A stretch of DNA of 42,208 nt from Promethearchaeati archaeon (GTDB lineage: Archaea > Asgardarchaeota > Heimdallarchaeia > Heimdallarchaeales > Heimdallarchaeaceae): contig JABLTJ010000030.1 of assembly GCA_013166775.1 (NCBI GenBank), positions 1-42,208 of the forward strand. The letters are read 5' to 3'. The translations under genes and the position numbers were made by a program. This document shows positions 18,237 through 26,864 of this stretch, piece by piece. The first letter of the stretch is position 1; each line of letters starts with the position of its first letter. The notes under the pieces were generated by a model. It did no database searches. It saw nothing but the letters and a program-made list of their open reading frames with translations, and was not told the origin of the DNA.

Positions 18237-19226
18237 CTAGTTTTCTTTCTTATAACATTTGTATGATTCTCGTAAAACTTCCTCAAAAGATATCTGAGTT
18301 GAGACCCCTAATTTCTTTTCAATCTTCTCTGTATTCACAAGTCTTGATTTTCCCATTTGTTTAACTCTGTATCTATTCAATAATGGTCTTTTCTTGACGA
18401 GTTTCCACTGCAACTCGCCTATCAACCCCACAATCATAGCGATTTTATAATTTAGATTGTAAGAATCAAATTCTGTATTACTTATTTTAGCTGCAGTTTC
18501 AAATAATTCCTTATTTGTTACTTGAAAACTAGTATGATTAAATGCTTCCCCTTTTGCTTCATCTAATTCTTCCATTTTCATCAAAGATTCAATTATATCA
18601 AAGACATAGCTATAAGCATAAACAACATTGTCTCCATTTATTAAAGGAATTTTCTTTCCACTCTCAACTAATTTGAATATATTGGGGATCCAATGTGGAT
18701 CTCCAGGGCCAAAAATTCCAGGAGGTCTTAAAACTGAAGCTTTAAAGCCAAATTCTTCAGCAAACTTGAAAACTTCTTTTTCACCTAGGTATTTACTTTC
18801 TCTGTATCCTGGAATTAAATCAACTTCATAATCCTCATCTATAGGATAATCAGGTAAGTTAAAACCAAAAATACCCAAAGTGCTCATATAAATGAAAGTG
18901 TTTGAGCCAGCATCAACAAACTCCTCCAGTAAATTTTTTGTTCCCAGATGATTTATTTTGTAAAAATTCGATAAAGGTGCTAGATCGTCGACAATCGCAG
19001 CAAGATGAAAGACAGATTCAATCCCATCAAAACATCCCTTAAGACTAGCTTTTGAACTTACATCGCCAAAAATGAAATTTATTTCATATTTTTCATACTC
19101 CTTACACATTTCCCTTTCATGAGGAAGAATTAGTGCAGATAAGTCTTTATTTGGATATTTACTTCTTAGCTCTCTGACAAGATGAGAACCAAGAAAACCA
19201 GTTAAACCAGTAATCAGAATGGACAT
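18237..19226 (-). CDS. Extended SDR, NAD-dependent epimerase/dehydratase (3-beta-HSD-like)
   Basis: ITGLTGFLG, VFHLAA, INHLGTKNLL, YMST, YRESK (YxxxK), LRPPGIFGPGD; ATG at 19226 preferred over GTG at 19250. Confidence 0.92.
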   Translation of the reverse strand: MSILITGLTGFLGSHLVRELRSKYPNKDLSALILPHEREMCKEYEKYEINFIFGDVSSKASLKGCFDGIESVFHLAAIVDDLAPLSNFYKINHLGTKNLLEEFVDAGSNTFIYMSTLGIFGFNLPDYPIDEDYEVDLIPGYRESKYLGEKEVFKFAEEFGFKASVLRPPGIFGPGDPHWIPNIFKLVESGKKIPLINGDNVVYAYSYVFDIIESLMKMEELDEAKGEAFNHTSFQVTNKELFETAAKISNTEFDSYNLNYKIAMIVGLIGELQWKLVKKRPLLNRYRVKQMGKSRLVNTEKIEKKLGVSTQISFEEVLRESYKCYKKEN

Positions 19227-19272
19227 ATCGAGTATTGATAAAGTCTTCACAAGTTAAAAATACTTCTATAAT

Positions 19273-19357
19273 TTTGAAAATAAAGTAGAAATTTTCCACT
19301 TTTTAAAGACTAAGAAAAATTTAAACCTATAATTTTTCCATCTTCTATGGAGTTTAT
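19273..19357 (-). repeat. Decayed duplicate of the fhs 3' end and its terminator
   Basis: 19318-19357 matches 20220-20259 at 32/40 nt; TTTGAAAA(T)AAAGTAGAAA at 19273-19291 matches 20188-20205. Confidence 0.75.
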
Positions 19358-19426
19358 ATTATTTACAAGTAGCAACTCTTTCTTTTATAATTTGAAAAAT
19401 TGTAAATAGATTCTTCTTCAGAATCA

Positions 19427-20137
19427 TTATAATGATTTTCTCCTTTTCTTTCGAAAAGCAAGGTACGAGGATACTAGTAACAGAACAATTAGATAAGTGT
19501 AAGAATATGATATTGTAAATGTTTGACGTTCATTATCTTCGTTATTGGTATCTGTATTGGGTTCTTCTTCAGGAAACGTAAAGGTTGTATTAGCACCATT
19601 ATGAGTTATTTGAATATCGGAACCATTAACTGCAATTTCAGAGGTAAAATGGTGGTAGTTATGTTGTTCTTCATACTCAGCTAAAAAAATCCAAACTGTG
19701 TAGTTACCATTAGGAAGAGCTTCCAAAGTATCATTTACAGAGAATGTAAAAGTTAGTATTCCTTCAGTAATTCCAGGATTAATGGTGTGATTTGTGAAAG
19801 CATCACCACAAAGACTTGGACCCCCCCTTACTTGACCAAAATATTGTTCATTTTCAAATGATAGATTTCCAGTCACAAAAACAAGACAAGTGGTTGAGGT
19901 ATATATATACAAAATTCTACCAGAGGGATTGATGATCTCAAAAGTGTATTCAAACTCAAAAAAAGTCCATTTAGGGTAGTTTTCTCTATAAATCAATTCT
20001 GGTGGAAGAACTATTTCTGTCATACGAGTATATATTGTATATTCAGAAACAGTTGCTTGAGGTAAAAACAAAGAGAAAGAAAGAGTAATTGAGAAGATAA
20101 TACAAATAGAAGGAAGATGTTTGAGCATTCCATTCAT
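19427..20137 (-). CDS. Secreted, C-terminally membrane-anchored surface protein
   Basis: N-terminal signal peptide, beta-rich extracellular body with NxT/S sequons, acidic linker, C-terminal TM followed by RKKRRK. Confidence 0.8.
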   Translation of the reverse strand: MNGMLKHLPSICIIFSITLSFSLFLPQATVSEYTIYTRMTEIVLPPELIYRENYPKWTFFEFEYTFEIINPSGRILYIYTSTTCLVFVTGNLSFENEQYFGQVRGGPSLCGDAFTNHTINPGITEGILTFTFSVNDTLEALPNGNYTVWIFLAEYEEQHNYHHFTSEIAVNGSDIQITHNGANTTFTFPEEEPNTDTNNEDNERQTFTISYSYTYLIVLLLVSSYLAFRKKRRKSL

Positions 20138-20217
20138 CTAGAAAACTAAGTATGATTCACTATTAAATCTAATCATAAAAGAAATTATTTGAAAAAAAGT
20201 AGAAAGGGGGTTAAAAA

Positions 20218-21909
20218 TTAATTCAAACCTATAATTTCTCCATCATCTGTAAAGTCCATTCGTTCTGCAGCGGGGACAGGAGGTAAACCAGGTATAAGGA
20301 ACATACTGCCACAGACAGGAACGATGAAACGAGCACCAGTATATAAACGAACCTCGTCTACATTAAGTGTCCAATCAGTTGGAGCACCCATTGTACCAAC
20401 TTTATCAGTGATACTGAGCTGAGTTTTGGCCATACAGAGAGGCAAATCAGTGAAACCGAGTTTTTCTATATAAGCGATATCTTGTAAAGCTTGAGGAGAG
20501 TATTCAACTTCCTTTGCACCATAGACTTTTTTAGCGATTTTCTCAATTTTAACTTTGATGGGATCAGAGAATTCATAGGCAAATCGAACATCACCTGAAC
20601 CCTTTTCAATAGCTTTGAGAACAGCTTCAGCTAGTTCGAGACCACCTTCACCACCTTTCATGAAAACTTCACTAACAGCGGCTTCAGCTCCTAGCTCTTC
20701 ACATTTATTCTTAATCCAATCAATCTCTTCATCACTATCAAAGGGGAAACGATTGATAGCGACAACAGGAGGAATATTGAATATATTGAGCATATTATCA
20801 AGATGTTTTTCAACATTGGTAAAGCCCTTGGCCAGTTCCTCCATATGAACATTCTTAGCTTCGTCTAAGCTTTTGATACCACCGTGGAGCTTAAGAGCGC
20901 GAGCGGTAACGACTAAGACAACAGTAGAGGGGAGAGTATTGTACTGGCGTGCAACAATATCAACGAATTTCTCAAAACCTAAGTCAGCAGCAAAACCACC
21001 TTCAGTAAGAGTGTAATCAGCTAATTTGAGGGCTAACTTTGTTGCAATAATACTGCTATTTCCGTGTGCAACATTCGCAAAAGGCCCGGCATGTATGAAT
21101 CCTGGTACTCCTTCGAAATTCTGCACTAGGTTTGGTTTTATTGCATCTTTTAGTATTAGCACCATTGCTCCTACTGCTTTCAGATCTTTTGCATATACTG
21201 CTTTATCTTCATATGTGTATCCTACTAGTATATTTCCTAATCTTTCTCTTAGTTCGGCTACATCTGCTGACAATGCTAGTATCGCCATTATTTCTGAAGC
21301 TGCTGTAATTACGAAACCTGTGTTTCTTATATCCCCACCCATTCTTCTTCCACCAAGACCTATAATTATGTTTCTTAACGCCCTATCATTCACGTCCATT
21401 GTTCTTGGCCAAGTTACTTTTGTTGGATCTATTGTTAGTTTATTTCCTTTTGTTAAGTGGTTATCTATCATTGCAGCTAATAAGTTATGAGCAGATGTTA
21501 CTGCATGTAGATCTCCTGTAAAGTGCAGATCTATATCCCACATTGGAAAGACTTGTGATTGTCCTCCTCCTGTAGCTCCACCCTTTATTCCAAATGTTGG
21601 TCCCATACTTGGTTCTCTTATAGCAAACATTGCTTTCTTACCAATTTTTTGTAATGCTTGAGAAAGGCCTATTGTTGTAACAGTTTTACCTTCACCTGCT
21701 CTTGAAGCAGTCATTGCTGTAACAAAAATCAATTTTCCGTTTGGCTTATCTGATTTTAGTATTTTTAGCATTGTTTGGTAGTTTATTTTTGCTACATACT
21801 TTCCGAATTGCTCGAGGTCTTCTTCTTCCAGACCTACTTTTGCAGCAATCTCCCTAATATTTTTCATGTCTTTTTGTTTTTCTTGTGCAATTTCTATATC
21901 AGTTTTCAT
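20218..21909 (-). CDS. fhs: Formate--tetrahydrofolate ligase
   Basis: AGEGKT, REPSMGPTFGIKGGATGGG, LHFTGDLHA, HAGPFANVAHG, TEGGFAADLGFEKF, CMAKTQLS, PGLP; ATG at 21909 preferred. Confidence 0.97.
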   Translation of the reverse strand: MKTDIEIAQEKQKDMKNIREIAAKVGLEEEDLEQFGKYVAKINYQTMLKILKSDKPNGKLIFVTAMTASRAGEGKTVTTIGLSQALQKIGKKAMFAIREPSMGPTFGIKGGATGGGQSQVFPMWDIDLHFTGDLHAVTSAHNLLAAMIDNHLTKGNKLTIDPTKVTWPRTMDVNDRALRNIIIGLGGRRMGGDIRNTGFVITAASEIMAILALSADVAELRERLGNILVGYTYEDKAVYAKDLKAVGAMVLILKDAIKPNLVQNFEGVPGFIHAGPFANVAHGNSSIIATKLALKLADYTLTEGGFAADLGFEKFVDIVARQYNTLPSTVVLVVTARALKLHGGIKSLDEAKNVHMEELAKGFTNVEKHLDNMLNIFNIPPVVAINRFPFDSDEEIDWIKNKCEELGAEAAVSEVFMKGGEGGLELAEAVLKAIEKGSGDVRFAYEFSDPIKVKIEKIAKKVYGAKEVEYSPQALQDIAYIEKLGFTDLPLCMAKTQLSITDKVGTMGAPTDWTLNVDEVRLYTGARFIVPVCGSMFLIPGLPPVPAAERMDFTDDGEIIGLN

Positions 21910-22093
21910 AGTAATCATCACTTAAACTTATTAATTGAACTCATTTTTAGGTATGGATTAAAAAGTATTTAGATAGACATAGAAAATGAATATTTTTTTC
22001 AAGTTTTTTGCAGTTTCACAATTTTTTTTCTGCCTATTATTGGACAAATAGATACGTTCTAAAATAACCGTGGGCAGTTAGTGGTAGAAGATA

Positions 22094-23023
22094 ATGAAAT
22101 GTGAACATCCTGACTGTGGCGCTGAAGCTGATATTCTCTTCTATTGTCGTTATTGTGGTGGATCTTTCTGTGTAAACCACCGTGATTCCAATATGCACAA
22201 ATGCTCTCCACAACAGAAAAGTGAGCAAACAACTGGCACTTCTCCTGAAGAAGCTGTTAAACAGTTTGTTTATAGAGCAGCTCAAGCAGCCCAACAAGCA
22301 CAAGCTCAACAACAACCTACACCTGTAACTTTCGCTAGTGAAGAAGAGCAAAAAAAGTATATCGAACAGCGATTAGTAAAATCTAGTGGCCTCTTCTCAT
22401 TAGGAAGTGAGTTAGTGGATATTATCTTTGGATTTGCTTTAATTGTTCTAGTTTTCGGTTTCTTTCAATACTTCTATAGAGAGGATAACAAATGGTGGGG
22501 TTTCCTTCTTTCAGCTGTTCTCGTAGGCACAGCATTTCTTCCACACGAACTAGCCCATAAAATTGTAGCAATGATGAGAGGACAGTTTGCACGATATATC
22601 CTCTGGGTTAGGGGAATGATGTTTACATTACTTACATTGATTATAGGAATAGGTTTGATAGTACCAGGTTTTGTTGCAATTGTGCCTATGAGTAAACAAA
22701 TGGACAAGAGAGATATAGGTTTAGTTTCACTGGCTGGACCAGCTACAAATGCTGTGATTGGATTAGTTAGCATAATCTTTGGTTTTCTAACACATTATGG
22801 AGTGATTCCTCTAGCTGGGCTAGCAGCATCACCGAATATCTTCATCTTAATCGCTCAATTTAATGCTCTAATTGCTCTCTTTAATTGTCTTCCAGTTTGG
22901 CAACTTGATGGAGCTAAAATTCTTAAATGGAACAAAATCATCTATTTCGTTCTCGTAGCAATAAACGTAGCTATTGCAATACCTACATTCATTCTTAATC
23001 CAGGATTTTTAAACGTCACTTAA
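22094..23023 (+). CDS. AN1-type zinc finger fused to an M50 (site-2) intramembrane metalloprotease
   Basis: C..PDC...CRYCGGSFCVNHR...HKC; HELAH; AGPATN; FNCLPVWQLDG; Q/A-rich linker. Confidence 0.9.
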   Translation: MKCEHPDCGAEADILFYCRYCGGSFCVNHRDSNMHKCSPQQKSEQTTGTSPEEAVKQFVYRAAQAAQQAQAQQQPTPVTFASEEEQKKYIEQRLVKSSGLFSLGSELVDIIFGFALIVLVFGFFQYFYREDNKWWGFLLSAVLVGTAFLPHELAHKIVAMMRGQFARYILWVRGMMFTLLTLIIGIGLIVPGFVAIVPMSKQMDKRDIGLVSLAGPATNAVIGLVSIIFGFLTHYGVIPLAGLAASPNIFILIAQFNALIALFNCLPVWQLDGAKILKWNKIIYFVLVAINVAIAIPTFILNPGFLNVT

Positions 23024-23077
23024 TGTCAAATAAAGATACAAACAAAAAAGATAATTACCTTAAGAATAAATATTTAC

Positions 23078-23140
23078 TGAGGATGAACAAGGCATTACTG
23101 AGAGCTTTTGCTCTATGACGAGTCATAGTTAGTCTGAAAC
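23078..23140 (+). ncRNA. Dual-guide box C/D sRNA predicted to target 23S rRNA (helix 69 and the helix 70/71 region)
   Basis: Box C AGGATGA (23080-86), guide ACAAGGCATTA, box D' CTGA (23098-101), hairpin GAGC-TTTT-GCTC, box C' ATGACGA (23115-21), guide GTCATAGTTAGT, box D CTGA (23134-37); the guides are complementary to conserved LSU sequences AAUGCCUUGU and UAACUAUGAC. Confidence 0.85.
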
Positions 23141-23203
23141 TTTAAGATCAAATTACCTAATTTGAATCCTTTTTTTTCAAAATAGTTTCATTTGATAATA
23201 TAT

Positions 23204-24328
23204 TCATAGCTTTCTATATTCTTTACCATCTATCCAAAAAGCATTGTGACCCTTTTTTCTCAGTGTTTCTAAATTATTAAATCCTAGAATCGACATTACA
23301 GTTTTCATTTCAAAGATATACGAATTCAAATAAGATATTAGTTCTTCTTTCCCGCCCTTTGCAACTGCTCGTAGTGCAGGAAGAGCAAATGCCACATAAT
23401 TCCCACCAAATACAAGAGCTTTAATAGCGTCGAGACCACTCCAAATACCTCCAGAAACTATAGTTTTCTTTATATCAACTGGGGATTTCCTTGCAAGCCG
23501 AATAAAATTTCTAATAGAGGGATAACCAAAGTTCAAATAATTCCTAGCTTCTTTTAAAGATATTAAAGTTGGAACTCCAAGATTTAAAAAGGAATCAGAA
23601 AGATAATTAAGATTAGGATTTCGTGCAGTTTCTATTTTTTTCCAATTGGTACCTCCTGCTCCAGCAATGTCAAGAGCATAGAATTTTAATTTATGGAGTA
23701 AAAGCATATCATTATGAGAAAAACCAGAACCCACTCCTTTAACAATAAGAGGTGATTTTAATGACACTGATAGATTTTCAAGGGCATCAAAAATTGCTGA
23801 AAATTTTCTAGTTCCCTCTTTTTGAATCAATTCTTGCATTGGATTTATATGAACTGCTAATGCGTTAGCGTTTATCATCTCAATCGCTAGTTCTGCCTCT
23901 TTTAATCCATAACCTTCTAAGAATTGTGCTATTCCCAAATTAGCAATCAGTGGTATGTTTGGAGCTTTATCACGTACTTGAAAGGTTTTAGCAAGCTCAG
24001 GATTTTCAAATGCAGCTCTTTGCGAGCCAACACCCATTGCGATGTTTTTTTCTTGGCAGACTTCAGCAATTATTTTATTATATTTCTGACCTAGCTTAGA
24101 ACCTCCTGTCATCCCTGATATTATTATTGGATATGTTATTGTTTTTCCCAGAAAATCTGTAGATAAATCGATATCATCAAAGTTTTCAGTACGAATTACA
24201 GAGTTTATTTTCAACCTCACAATTTCAAAACCTGTTGTGATGGTATCATAAGTAACATCTTCTTCTATACATAGTCTAAGATGATCATCTTTACGTGGTG
24301 AGGTTTCAGATTTTTCTACAGAATTCAT
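23204..24328 (-). CDS. fni: Type 2 isopentenyl-diphosphate delta-isomerase
   Basis: RKDDHL, ISGMTGG, GVGSQRAA, IANLG, HINPMQELIQKEG, AGAGGTNW, SGGIWSGLD; true start is the ATG at 24328 rather than 24457. Confidence 0.95.
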   Translation of the reverse strand: MNSVEKSETSPRKDDHLRLCIEEDVTYDTITTGFEIVRLKINSVIRTENFDDIDLSTDFLGKTITYPIIISGMTGGSKLGQKYNKIIAEVCQEKNIAMGVGSQRAAFENPELAKTFQVRDKAPNIPLIANLGIAQFLEGYGLKEAELAIEMINANALAVHINPMQELIQKEGTRKFSAIFDALENLSVSLKSPLIVKGVGSGFSHNDMLLLHKLKFYALDIAGAGGTNWKKIETARNPNLNYLSDSFLNLGVPTLISLKEARNYLNFGYPSIRNFIRLARKSPVDIKKTIVSGGIWSGLDAIKALVFGGNYVAFALPALRAVAKGGKEELISYLNSYIFEMKTVMSILGFNNLETLRKKGHNAFWIDGKEYRKL

Positions 24329-24471
24329 AAATATAGTTAATATCGGGTAAATAAAAAGTTTGTACATGTGAGATAGAGAGATAAATATTTGAGCAATTTT
24401 GTATCCAACAGAAAAGTTCAATAGAAAGAAAGAACATAAAGGAAAAAAATTAGGCATTTGAGTGAGTAAAA

Positions 24472-24732
24472 ATGGAATTCTGCCCAGAATGTGGAAAACT
24501 GCTTATTCCTAAGAAAAAGGGAAAATCTAGATTGTTGGTTTGCGCTAAATGTGGGTACGAAAGCAAATTGTCCGGAAATGACGCTTATGAGGTTTCTGAC
24601 GAAGTTCAACATAAGCCAAGTGAGATAACTGAAGTTGTTGTAGTTGAAGGAGAGGAAGGATTGACAGAAGCTGAACTTGAAGAAAGACGTGAGAGATTTA
24701 TAGAAGGTATAGATTTCTTTGAAACAGAATGA
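24472..24732 (+). CDS. TFS/RpoM-family paralog with the N-terminal zinc ribbon only (no C-terminal ribbon)
   Basis: MEFCPECGKLLIP...CAKCGYE followed by a linker and an acidic helical tail; no second CxxC pair and no QxRxADE motif. Confidence 0.8.
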   Translation: MEFCPECGKLLIPKKKGKSRLLVCAKCGYESKLSGNDAYEVSDEVQHKPSEITEVVVVEGEEGLTEAELEERRERFIEGIDFFETE

Positions 24733-24744
24733 TCTGAACGCAAA

Positions 24745-25677
24745 ATGAAAGATTCAATCCAACATAAACCAACTGTTATGATTAGATTTTCAGAGATAGC
24801 TATCAAAAGTTCAAAGACTCGAAGGTGGTTAACTCAAAGGTTAGTTAACCATATCAAATATGTGTTGAATTTAAAGAGCATTAAGAATTTTGAAGTCATA
24901 AATGATTACAGCAGATTGTTTGTTGAGTCGGATGAACCTGAGCTAATAAGTAAGTACATATCAACTTTAATCCCTGGAACAGCGAGTCTAAGTATTGTTC
25001 ATAAATGCAATACGGATATTAAGGAAATGGAGATGATTATCGATGAATTTTACAAAGACAATATCAGGAGTAGCGAATCTTTTTCAGTCAAAGTGAGAAG
25101 AACAGGAAATCATCCTTTTACAAGTGTTGAATTAGCAGCTAAACTCGGGGAGTATATTATTAACAGCAATTCAGACATTCAATTGAAAGTGAATCTTACT
25201 AATCCTGATTATACGCTACGCTTTGATGTTAGAGAGGAAACAACTTACATTTTCGATGAAATTAAATCAGGTTTAGGTGGTTTACCTGTTGGATGTCAAG
25301 GAAACGTTCTAGTTCTTATAAGTGGAGAAGAAGAAGATTTAGCAAACATAATACAGCTTTACAAAAGAGGAGCGAACACGATGATTTTTTCAATCTGTAA
25401 AAGAGAAAATCTGTCGAAGAAGTTTATTAATCAAATTGAAGAAATACTAATTTTGCAACCAAAAATAAGGAAATTACAGCACAAAATATTCTATGGAGAG
25501 AATGAGCTCGATATTCAAGAAATTATTGATTATTACAGCAAATTTGAGTGTAAAGGGATTTCAGTTTCGAATACGTTATTCAATAAGGTTTCGTCTATGT
25601 TTCCTGTAACCATACCTTTGTTTGTTCCTCACTTAGTTACAGCTATAAATAGAAAGGATTTACAAAATTTCATTTAG
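24745..25677 (+). CDS. ThiI-like THUMP-domain protein with a degenerate PP-loop
   Basis: IRFSEIAIKS, THUMP SFSVKVRRTGNHPFTS...VNLTNPD, GLGGLPVG; the PP-loop reads SGEEED instead of SGGxDS. Confidence 0.85.
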   Translation: MKDSIQHKPTVMIRFSEIAIKSSKTRRWLTQRLVNHIKYVLNLKSIKNFEVINDYSRLFVESDEPELISKYISTLIPGTASLSIVHKCNTDIKEMEMIIDEFYKDNIRSSESFSVKVRRTGNHPFTSVELAAKLGEYIINSNSDIQLKVNLTNPDYTLRFDVREETTYIFDEIKSGLGGLPVGCQGNVLVLISGEEEDLANIIQLYKRGANTMIFSICKRENLSKKFINQIEEILILQPKIRKLQHKIFYGENELDIQEIIDYYSKFECKGISVSNTLFNKVSSMFPVTIPLFVPHLVTAINRKDLQNFI

Positions 25678-26297
25678 TGTGAACTTAGGGAAACGCGTTT
25701 AATTTCACCTTCAGGATTTGTTTCTGTAAAAACAATACCTTGGAATTTTTCAACTTTTATTTTCTCTTTTTTCCAGATATCTGTGGACAAATAAGCTTTT
25801 CTACAAGTATATGATATATATTCTTCTACATCCCAATCTTGTTCCACAGGAACCTGAGGTAGCAAAAGTCCTGAAGTTCTTCCATATTTAACAATGAGGC
25901 CATCACCTGGAATTGTGATATTATTCAACAATTCTTCAGGACTATTATAGATAATCTCCTCAGGAGGAGTAAGAACGGTTACTTCGAAGATTAATGAAGA
26001 TAATTCCTTTTTCTGTACTGGATCAAATCTTGGATCATTTAGAGTAGAATCTCTTGCTAAATCAATTACTTCTTCGAAAAGAGGTTTTATTCCTATTGGG
26101 TATCCTATACAACCTCTTAAATGGGCTTCATCTCCAATCCTCGTTTTTACTGTAACAAAAACTCCAGTAGTAAATTTAGCTTGTTCAGGCATTGGGGATA
26201 TAGGATTAGGTTCTTTTCCTTCACATATCCAACTTTTTGCAGAAAATCTGGCTAATTTTACTAAATAGATACCAGTTTCATCTTTTACGTCCATCAA
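25674..26297 (-). CDS. AMMECR1-family protein
   Basis: GVFVT, LRGCIG, DPRF, EVTVLTPP, GLLLPQV. Confidence 0.95.
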   Translation of the reverse strand: MMDVKDETGIYLVKLARFSAKSWICEGKEPNPISPMPEQAKFTTGVFVTVKTRIGDEAHLRGCIGYPIGIKPLFEEVIDLARDSTLNDPRFDPVQKKELSSLIFEVTVLTPPEEIIYNSPEELLNNITIPGDGLIVKYGRTSGLLLPQVPVEQDWDVEEYISYTCRKAYLSTDIWKKEKIKVEKFQGIVFTETNPEGEIKRVSLSSH

Positions 26298-26785
26298 ACA
26301 TTCCCCTTTTCTACTCTTTCAATGATTCTTTTAATATCTTCCCAATGACTACCTAACCAATAAATCTTATCACACTCGTTACATTGCCAAAAATCATCAT
26401 AATGTAGTGTGGTTCCTTTAGGAATTTTATCTATTATTTCTTCTTTTTCCTTTTTGCTAATATCTCCATTACATAGACTGCATAACATTTCTTTTGGGGG
26501 TACTTCAAATTCTATTTCAAGATTGGTTTTCAATACTCTCAACTGTTCTTCTATGCTTGAAGTAGGCATTGAATATGCCTTTACATTTTGTTTTTGACAT
26601 TTATCTATTACTTGTTTGGACTGAGAAAGAACAATTAAATCATTTTTTTGCGCTGTTTTTATCATCACATCAACAGTTTCTTCTGAACGATAAAGTGTGC
26701 TGTAGCCGAAAAAGCGAAGAAACCTTGAGAGCTTTCCAAGCATAGAGTCAGCGTAGAACCTTAACATTGTTTCACTAAGTATCAA
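26294..26785 (-). CDS. Mut7-C (PIN-fold + zinc ribbon) family protein
   Basis: FYADSMLGKLSRFLRFFG, CSLCN, FWQCNECDKIYWLGSHW; 4-nt overlap with the AMMECR1 gene. Confidence 0.9.
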   Translation of the reverse strand: MILSETMLRFYADSMLGKLSRFLRFFGYSTLYRSEETVDVMIKTAQKNDLIVLSQSKQVIDKCQKQNVKAYSMPTSSIEEQLRVLKTNLEIEFEVPPKEMLCSLCNGDISKKEKEEIIDKIPKGTTLHYDDFWQCNECDKIYWLGSHWEDIKRIIERVEKGNV

Positions 26786-26864
26786 TTATTTTAACGAGAT
26801 AAAAATCTTCTTTAGATTCGTCTTTCTAAAGCAATAATGAAGTACTGAATGGAAATTCCGTTAA

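Noticed and set aside
24329-24457. 43-aa N-terminal extension of IDI-2 in the ORF track (similar extensions on rqcH, pgsA and the zinc-ribbon membrane protein)
   Set aside because: It spans the divergent promoter region and homology begins at a downstream ATG; an artefact of longest-ORF calling
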